From assembly GCA_028286605.1 (NCBI GenBank), contig JAQBRE010000003.1:17275-81274 (forward strand): a stretch of 64,000 nt of DNA. The letters run 5' to 3'. Of this stretch, positions 1 to 5,177 are shown piece by piece; position 1 is the first letter of the stretch; each line of letters begins with the position of its first letter. Under the pieces are notes generated by a model. That model ran no database searches. It had not been told where the DNA came from and saw nothing but the letters and a program-made list of their open reading frames with translations. The DNA is from Parcubacteria group bacterium. GTDB lineage: Bacteria; Patescibacteriota; Minisyncoccia; Phycocordibacterales; Phycocordibacteraceae. The translations under genes were made by a program, and so were the position numbers.

Positions 1-2
1 AG

Positions 3-869
3 TATTTCTCAAATAGAATCGTCGGTGGCCAAGTAGTATTTGATGGATGTCTTCCGTTTGCGGATGCTATTGGCTTGATAGGGAAAAATCCTGATGGTTC
101 ACTCGCAATTAACCCTGAGCTTGCTACATTCCTTCCAAGTGAGGAGTACGCCAGATCGAAGATACTCAGCGGAGTGCTATCGATTCTGTCGATTGACCCA
201 GTCTTCGATGAAATCTTTTGTTCGGAGAACATCTCTTATGACATCATCTACCATCTAATCCAGATTGATGTATCCGCTTTTCCTCTCAAGTACGCGAATT
301 TCCGTCGGCTGCTTATCGACTTTGGATTCCTCACGCGGCACCCCGATAGGGGAATCAGGAAACTAATCGTCAACTCAAGGTTCAAAATAGACTTCGACAA
401 GTACATTCTTCATGAGGTTACGAAGAGGAAGATGGGTATAGAACACTTGGAAGCGATGTTGGAGCGTAACCAACTGCATGGCGCAGAGGCTGAGGACTTC
501 GTCCTTGCATTCGAGAAGGTGCGCTTAGTGAAGCACCCTAAAGTAAGTACGGTTGAAAAGATTTCTGATTACGATGTTGCCGCCGGCTACGATGTGGTCT
601 CTTATCGGGACACAGCCTCAAGCGAATATGACCGTTTCATCGAGGTTAAGTCACATTCTGGTGACCAGCGATTTTTCTGGTCTAGGAATGAAGTTGCCCA
701 AGCTAAACTCAGAAAGGAAACTTACTTCCTCTATCTTGTGGATCGCAGCAAGATGAATGCGGAGAGCTATGAGCCTCAAATGATTCAGAATCCCTATGAC
801 TTGGTCTTCTTAAATAATGAGGAGTGGTCAGGTGAGCCGCAGAAGTGGATTTTTCATCCAGTTGCCTAA
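3..869 (+). CDS. DUF3883-domain protein (PD-(D/E)xK-like nuclease-related C-terminal domain); 5' end probably truncated by window edge
   Basis: Frame is open from position 3 (no in-frame stop before the TTG at 75). C-terminal segment GYDVVSYRDTASSEYDRFIEVKSHSGDQRFFWSRNEVAQAKLRKETYFLYLV matches the DUF3883 signature (GYD[IV]xS...IEVK...SxNE...YxLY). Region is lower GC than the window average. Confidence 0.55.
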   Translation, partial: YFSNRIVGGQVVFDGCLPFADAIGLIGKNPDGSLAINPELATFLPSEEYARSKILSGVLSILSIDPVFDEIFCSENISYDIIYHLIQIDVSAFPLKYANFRRLLIDFGFLTRHPDRGIRKLIVNSRFKIDFDKYILHEVTKRKMGIEHLEAMLERNQLHGAEAEDFVLAFEKVRLVKHPKVSTVEKISDYDVAAGYDVVSYRDTASSEYDRFIEVKSHSGDQRFFWSRNEVAQAKLRKETYFLYLVDRSKMNAESYEPQMIQNPYDLVFLNNEEWSGEPQKWIFHPVA

Positions 870-911
870 TTTTTATTTACACATTTTCATTCTGTGAACT
901 CGAATAGGGTA

Positions 912-1370
912 TCAGTAATCAATTACTCTAAATTCGCTTAAGTTAACACTCATAACCGACAACCTATTCCCGCGCTGCAGCAACGTCATATCCTTGAGGC
1001 GCATATCCTTCTTAATCTGTTCAAGCCTTATCGGTTGCGCTAGTTTCTTAACGAAGGCGATATCTACCAAAAACCAGATGGGTTTTTCCTTTGTAGCTTT
1101 GGGGTCGTAGTACGGGCTTTTTGGATCAAACTGAGTCGGGTCAGGATACGCTTCGGAGGCGACCTTCGCCACGCCATACACGCCGGGAACCGGGCAGCTG
1201 GAGTGATAGAAGAGGACAGGGTCGCCAGGGCGCATGCCGTCGCGCATGAAGTTGCGGGCCGTATAGTTGCGGACGCCGGTCCATGGCGTCTTCTTGTCCT
1301 TCTTAAGATTGTCTATGGAGTAGCTGGTCGGTTCAGACTTTACGAGCCAGTGGCCTGGTTCAGGTTTCAT
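912..1370 (-). CDS. EVE domain (PUA-like) protein
   Basis: 152 aa; HWLVKSEP...YSIDNL...WTGVRNYTARNFMR...GDPVLFYHS...EAYPDPTQFD...KLAQPIRLEQIK is the classic EVE/DUF55 pattern. 4-bp overlap with downstream MazG-like gene indicates an operon. Confidence 0.75.
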   Translation of the reverse strand: MKPEPGHWLVKSEPTSYSIDNLKKDKKTPWTGVRNYTARNFMRDGMRPGDPVLFYHSSCPVPGVYGVAKVASEAYPDPTQFDPKSPYYDPKATKEKPIWFLVDIAFVKKLAQPIRLEQIKKDMRLKDMTLLQRGNRLSVMSVNLSEFRVIDY

Positions 1371-1714
1371 AACTCCGTATACTTCGTGTGCTTTCCCTTG
1401 GCTTTCTCGACAGGGTACTTCGTACCGTTCTTTTTCAGCTTCTTACGGAATGCGTCAGAGATATCTATCTCAAGATCGTTGCTCATAAGGAGTACCCAAT
1501 ACAGGACATCAGCGAGTTCTTCAGAGATTTCAGTCTTGTGAGATGCTAGGTGCGTATCAACCTCTTCCTTGTTTTTCCACTGGAAATGCTCGAGCACTTC
1601 TGCTGCTTCGAGCGAAAGGGAAATCGCCATATCCTTGGGATTATGGAACTGCTTCCAGTCCCGTTCGTCGCGGAAGGCGGTAACCTCGGCGGTTAGATCC
1701 TCTATTCGTGCCAT
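1367..1714 (-). CDS. MazG-like nucleotide pyrophosphohydrolase (NTP-PPase, all-alpha)
   Basis: MARIEDLTAEVTAFRDERDWKQFHNPKDMAISLSLEAAEVLEHFQWK...EISEELADVLYWVLLMSNDL matches MazG/YpjD-type NTP pyrophosphohydrolase family; start chosen at ATG 1714 (ORF-track TTG at 1729 is the alternative). Confidence 0.7.
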   Translation of the reverse strand: MARIEDLTAEVTAFRDERDWKQFHNPKDMAISLSLEAAEVLEHFQWKNKEEVDTHLASHKTEISEELADVLYWVLLMSNDLEIDISDAFRKKLKKNGTKYPVEKAKGKHTKYTEL

Positions 1715-1733
1715 GATGAAATGATACAATGAA

Positions 1734-1762
1734 TTGACTTTAATGAATATGTGTCATAGATT
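1734..1762 (+). promoter_or_regulatory. sigma70-like promoter candidate (TTGACT-N17-TAGATT) in divergent intergenic region
   Basis: TTGACT at 1734-1739, 17-nt spacer, TAGATT at 1757-1762, immediately upstream of the GC-rich segment 1806-2060. Confidence 0.3.
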
Positions 1763-1850
1763 ATACGTTCTGGACGCTTGGTTCAGTACCTGATCTTGGG
1801 AGTACTTAGTGCATTATCAAAGAGATGTAAATCGTCGCGACAACGCCGGC

Positions 1851-2057
1851 ATGGCGGGTAAGAATCCTGGCCATCACGGCCGCCGCAACTTGGCCCGCAA
1901 GACTACGCTGTGCGGCACGAGCGCTTTCGACCCGCGCGCCGCCCTCGCCGACAACACGCCGCAGCCGATCTCGCGCCACTTCCGCAAGCTCATCAAGAAG
2001 GGCTGCTGCGGCTGGCACGCTTTGAGCGAAGCCGCGTACGTCTCGTTGCCGAACTAG
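1851..2057 (+). CDS. hypothetical small protein in anomalously GC-rich segment (possible unconventional antitoxin partner of downstream MazF-like gene)
   Basis: 68-aa ORF MAGKNPGHHGRRNLARKTTLCGTSAFDPRAALADNTPQPISRHFRKLIKKGCCGWHALSEAAYVSLPN ends 5 nt before a perfect 12-bp hairpin terminator. The segment is about 68% GC inside about 45% GC DNA. No recognisable fold; an ORF on the opposite strand also exists, so coding status is uncertain. Confidence 0.2.
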   Translation: MAGKNPGHHGRRNLARKTTLCGTSAFDPRAALADNTPQPISRHFRKLIKKGCCGWHALSEAAYVSLPN

Positions 2058-2062
2058 ACGAT

Positions 2063-2100
2063 GGGCCCCGCACCTTGGTGCGGGGCCCAATTCTTTTATA
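2063..2100 (+). terminator. rho-independent terminator (gggccccgcacc-ttg-gtgcggggccc + T-rich)
   Basis: Perfect 12-bp stem with 3-nt loop followed by aattcttttata. Confidence 0.7.
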
Positions 2101-2125
2101 TTCTCTCGATATTTACTCTATCTGC

Positions 2126-2539
2126 ATGGTGTATGCTCTTCGAGCTATGCCGGAGACAAAAGATTTTGATACATGGAATGAATCTAAGAAACTACTCGAC
2201 ACTCAGGCGGGTACTAGATTTACGCATGCGCGCGAAGTGTGGTGGTGTTCTCTCGGCGTCAATATTGGAGCAGAGATAGATGGAAAGAATGAAAATTTTG
2301 AGCGACCGGTTGTGATTATGAAAGTATATAATCGCGACATGGTGCTTGTCCTGCCGCTCACCAGTAAGAAAAATGATAATCGATTTCATTGCTCAATTCG
2401 AGTTGGTGATCGTATTTCCTGGGCAAAGTTAACTCAAATACAGGTCATCAGTACCAAGCGACTTTTACGTAAAATAGATATGGTGAACGAGACTGATTTT
2501 AAAAAGCTCAAACGAGTTCTTATTAACTCAATTAATTAA
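2126..2539 (+). CDS. PemK/MazF-family endoribonuclease toxin-like protein
   Basis: REVWWCSLGVNIGAEIDGKNENFERPVVIMKV...VLVLPLTSKK...KLTQIQVISTKRLLRKIDMVNETDFKKLKRVL aligns with MazF/EndoA ([26 protein letters not shown]...ITAQ...EQIRTIDKQRL). Start assigned to ATG 2126; the upstream part of the ORF is the GC-rich segment. Confidence 0.65.
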   Translation: MVYALRAMPETKDFDTWNESKKLLDTQAGTRFTHAREVWWCSLGVNIGAEIDGKNENFERPVVIMKVYNRDMVLVLPLTSKKNDNRFHCSIRVGDRISWAKLTQIQVISTKRLLRKIDMVNETDFKKLKRVLINSIN

Positions 2540-2543
2540 AGAC

Positions 2544-2655
2544 GAATTCCCGCATCTCTGCGGGAATTCTCGGAGGCCGAAGCCATAATGTAACTTTTTA
2601 CAGTTACGCACGGCAAACGCATTTCTGCGTGAGCCTCGGAGGCCGAAGCCATAAT
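2544..2655 (+). repeat. intergenic hairpins plus duplicated 20-nt direct repeat TCGGAGGCCGAAGCCATAAT (2570-2589 and 2636-2655)
   Basis: gaattcccgc-atctct-gcgggaattc perfect hairpin (2544-2569); direct repeat copies 66 nt apart, each ending in a CATAAT -10-like hexamer; second small hairpin acgca-tttc-tgcgt between them. Confidence 0.6.
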
Positions 2656-2680
2656 AAGAGTATGATAGCAGATACGCGAT

Positions 2681-3271
2681 ATGGGTCAAACAGAGCACTA
2701 TGAAATCAAGGAATCCGCACGCGCGAAGCACGTGCGGATAGATATATACCCCGATGGGCGCGTCGTGGTGACGAAGCCTCTTCGCTTGCCGATGCTCATG
2801 GTTGAGGCGTTCGTGCGATCACGGAGGAAGTGGATAGAGGAGACTGTGGTTAAATTCGAGGCACGCCGCAGGCGTGCCGAAACAAAGCGAGCGAAACTCG
2901 GCCTGCCGGCACCTGAACCGCTCCCGAAACCGCGTCGCGGTTCCAAGGCATACAAAGACGCCGTGAAGGCGGCTCGCTCGCTCGCAGCAAGTCACCTCCA
3001 GCATTTCAATCAGCACTACGGTTTCCGATACGGCTCCATCTCTATTCGCAATCAGAAGACGCGATGGGGAAGCTGTTCAGCTGCCGGTAATCTTTCCTTT
3101 AACTACCGTATTACATTCCTTCCGCCAGAACTGCAGGACTACCTGATAGTCCACGAGCTCTCACACGTGAAAGAGCACAACCATTCTGCAAAGTTCTGGG
3201 CGCTCGTCGCACAGACCGTTCCGGACCATGTGCGCCGCCGTACCCAGCTTCAGGCGTACGATATGCATTAA
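2681..3271 (+). CDS. DUF45/YgjP-like zinc metallohydrolase (M48-family fold, HExxH)
   Basis: 196 aa; conserved [16 protein letters not shown] and preceding WGSCS...[11 protein letters not shown]...YLIVHEL typical of YgjP/DUF45 (SprT/WLM-like). Confidence 0.7.
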   Translation: MGQTEHYEIKESARAKHVRIDIYPDGRVVVTKPLRLPMLMVEAFVRSRRKWIEETVVKFEARRRRAETKRAKLGLPAPEPLPKPRRGSKAYKDAVKAARSLAASHLQHFNQHYGFRYGSISIRNQKTRWGSCSAAGNLSFNYRITFLPPELQDYLIVHELSHVKEHNHSAKFWALVAQTVPDHVRRRTQLQAYDMH

Positions 3272-3277
3272 TAAAAA

Positions 3278-3300
3278 AGATGCCCGACAACCGGGCATCT
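3278..3300. terminator. hairpin terminator agatgcccg-acaa-cgggcatct (A-run upstream, weak U-run downstream)
   Basis: Perfect 9-bp stem; T-run lies on the minus-strand side (ttttttatt), so it is a stronger terminator for minus-strand transcription from the 3300-3690 region. Confidence 0.5.
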
Positions 3301-3689
3301 TCAGAAGTTTGACGAGTATACGTCTCCGACTGAGGTTCTCACCATGTCATGGGCATCGCATGAAAGGAAGTTCACGCGCTCGAGTGATCAGGCATGGCCT
3401 GCACTATCCATGGTGGTTGCGAGTTCGCGCGGGGATACATGGAAGGGTTCTTCCCAACCAATCCAGCATCTGGCCTGCACACACAGCTCCTTCGGTTTCG
3501 CTCGCCGGTCCCCCAGTATATTCAGATGCCTTCTTGGAGGCGTTCTGGAGGTCTGCCATCGTTATAGCACAGAAAGCCATTCACACGCTTCATGAAGTAA
3601 AGTTGAAGGAAATATAAAGAAGGAGTAGAATATCCGCTTGGTCGCTTCGGCGACCGCTTGTTATTTATCTGTAACCTCTTGGGGGAATC

Positions 3690-4799
3690 ATGCTTGATAC
3701 TATGTCTGATCGCACTATCGAAACCAATAAAGAGCCCTATGTCGCAGGCTCCGTCCGCGATCTATCGAAATTCATCTTGGACCGTAATCGCACGCAGAGC
3801 GACGAGTTTTGCAATGCAAGTGCGCGTTTGGCGCGTCAGCAGTATCGCAGCGTGCACCCTACAGAAATTGCCGCACTGAAATGCATGGACGGCCGGCTCA
3901 ATCTCTCTCTTATGACAGAGACGCCGGTTGGAATCCTGCACCCGTACCGCAACATCGGCGGCACGTTCGACATGGGCTGGCCGTTTCTGGCTCAGCTGCT
4001 TAAGGAATGGGTCTATGTTTCGACCACGAAAGGCCGAGACTGCCTCATGCTTATGACCTATCACTATTCAAAGGGTGATTCCCATCGTGGATGTGCTGGT
4101 CACAATTACGACACCGACGCTGCGCGAGCAGGCGCTGCCGAACTGGTAGTGCAGGCGGCTCGCGTGTTCGGTCGTCCGTATCGTGCGGTTCATCCCATCA
4201 TGGTGGGTATTGAAACAGATGACGAGGCGCTCGTGTTCCATAGCGAAGAAGGAGAAGCCTTCTCGCTTGCGGACAATCTCGACATGACACCAGGAATGCT
4301 GGCCCAGCATTTCGCGCATCTCTATCCAGAGATGCGCGAACGGATCCTCATTGATCTTCTTGAGTTGGTGAAAGGAAACCAGCGTCATATCAAGAAGGTA
4401 CGTGCAGCGAACCGTATGCCTATAGACCTGAACCATCGCGAACAGATTATCGCCGTGGGTCGCGGGTTCGATTGGCTGCATCTGCCGAACATGGCGCTCA
4501 TCGTTGGCCCGTACGGGCTCGAGTGGCCGAAGGCAGTTGGTACTGCGGGGAAGATCATTCTAAGCAACTTGAAGGAAGGGAGGCTTGATCCCGAAGCGGG
4601 TCGCATGCTGCTCATCGCTAAGCTTGCTCGTGAAGAACGCGGAAGCTACGGCTGGAATATGGCCGAAGAAGAAGCTCGCTTCGTAACGCGCGAGGCGCAC
4701 CGAGCTCTTTTGAGCACGGTGCCTGAACTGCTCGATAACAACTTCACTATCCATACGGGCGTGGTCGACGCATCGACGCGTTTGCTGCATCTTATCTAA
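3690..4799 (+). CDS. beta-class carbonic anhydrase-like protein with approx 170-aa C-terminal extension
   Basis: CMDGRLN (CxDxR) at res 65-69, ILHPYRNIGG (beta-CA RN.GN motif) and HRGCAGH (HxxC) at res 132-135; spacing matches beta-CA zinc ligands. SD-like GGGGGAA 4 nt upstream of ATG. Confidence 0.5.
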   Translation: MLDTMSDRTIETNKEPYVAGSVRDLSKFILDRNRTQSDEFCNASARLARQQYRSVHPTEIAALKCMDGRLNLSLMTETPVGILHPYRNIGGTFDMGWPFLAQLLKEWVYVSTTKGRDCLMLMTYHYSKGDSHRGCAGHNYDTDAARAGAAELVVQAARVFGRPYRAVHPIMVGIETDDEALVFHSEEGEAFSLADNLDMTPGMLAQHFAHLYPEMRERILIDLLELVKGNQRHIKKVRAANRMPIDLNHREQIIAVGRGFDWLHLPNMALIVGPYGLEWPKAVGTAGKIILSNLKEGRLDPEAGRMLLIAKLAREERGSYGWNMAEEEARFVTREAHRALLSTVPELLDNNFTIHTGVVDASTRLLHLI

Positions 4800-4818
4800 A
4801 TTCGTCCTCGGACGAAAA

Positions 4819-4856
4819 AGACCGCACATCCCTTCGGGAGTGCGGTCTTTCATTTT
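4819..4856. terminator. bidirectional rho-independent terminator (agaccgcac...gtgcggtct + ttcatttt)
   Basis: 9-bp perfect stem with nested tccc-ttcg-ggga; A-run before and T-run after. Confidence 0.7.
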
Positions 4857-4913
4857 GTAGCGGGGGCGTACCTAGAATGGTTGCCACCCTTTGTCTTTCA
4901 TGCGCTGCCGGCT

Positions 4914-5093
4914 TCATTGATCTTCATTGCGGTGGTCTTGTTTGGACTGCTTCTGCCAACTCTTTTCTTTGGGAGGAAGGTATGGCAGCTTCGGCATACC
5001 TGAGCTGGTGCGCTCGGTTTCCGGCTGTGCGGCGACAGCCGACAAGGCGAGCAATGCTGCGCCCGTGATTCCTCGTAAAACGATTACCTTCAT
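4914..5093 (-). CDS. small secreted/lipoprotein-like peptide (60 aa, signal-peptide-like N-terminus)
   Basis: MKVIVLRGITGAALLALSAVAAQPETERTSSGMPKLPYLPPKEKSWQKQSKQDHRNEDQ; GGAG SD 8 nt upstream of ATG at 5093; remainder of the 201-aa ORF upstream has no coding signal. Confidence 0.3.
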   Translation of the reverse strand: MKVIVLRGITGAALLALSAVAAQPETERTSSGMPKLPYLPPKEKSWQKQSKQDHRNEDQ

Positions 5094-5177
5094 CTGATGT
5101 ACTCCGATTGACCCGCTGAAACCATACCATAATCGTTGCGTTGTGCATGGGGGAGAGTGATACCGTAGAATGGAGGA

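Noticed and set aside
1806-2090. 94-aa minus-strand ORF across the GC-rich segment
   Set aside because: Reads through the perfect hairpin terminator, and Ala/Arg-rich composition is typical of spurious GC-rich ORFs. Kept only as an alternative to the + strand ORF.
3228-3617. 129-aa and 83-aa + strand ORFs in the ORF-free region
   Set aside because: Start inside the ygjP 3' end and read through its terminator. No codon-usage signal and no RBS.
3300-3690. TPP riboswitch / RNase P RNA / tmRNA in the 390-nt ORF-free region
   Set aside because: The CTGAGG and UGAUCAGG fragments do not align to the TPP consensus. No RNase P conserved regions (AGGAAAGUCCGGGCUC, GGUGAAA...GGUAAGAGCGCACC) or tRNA-like tmRNA ends are present.
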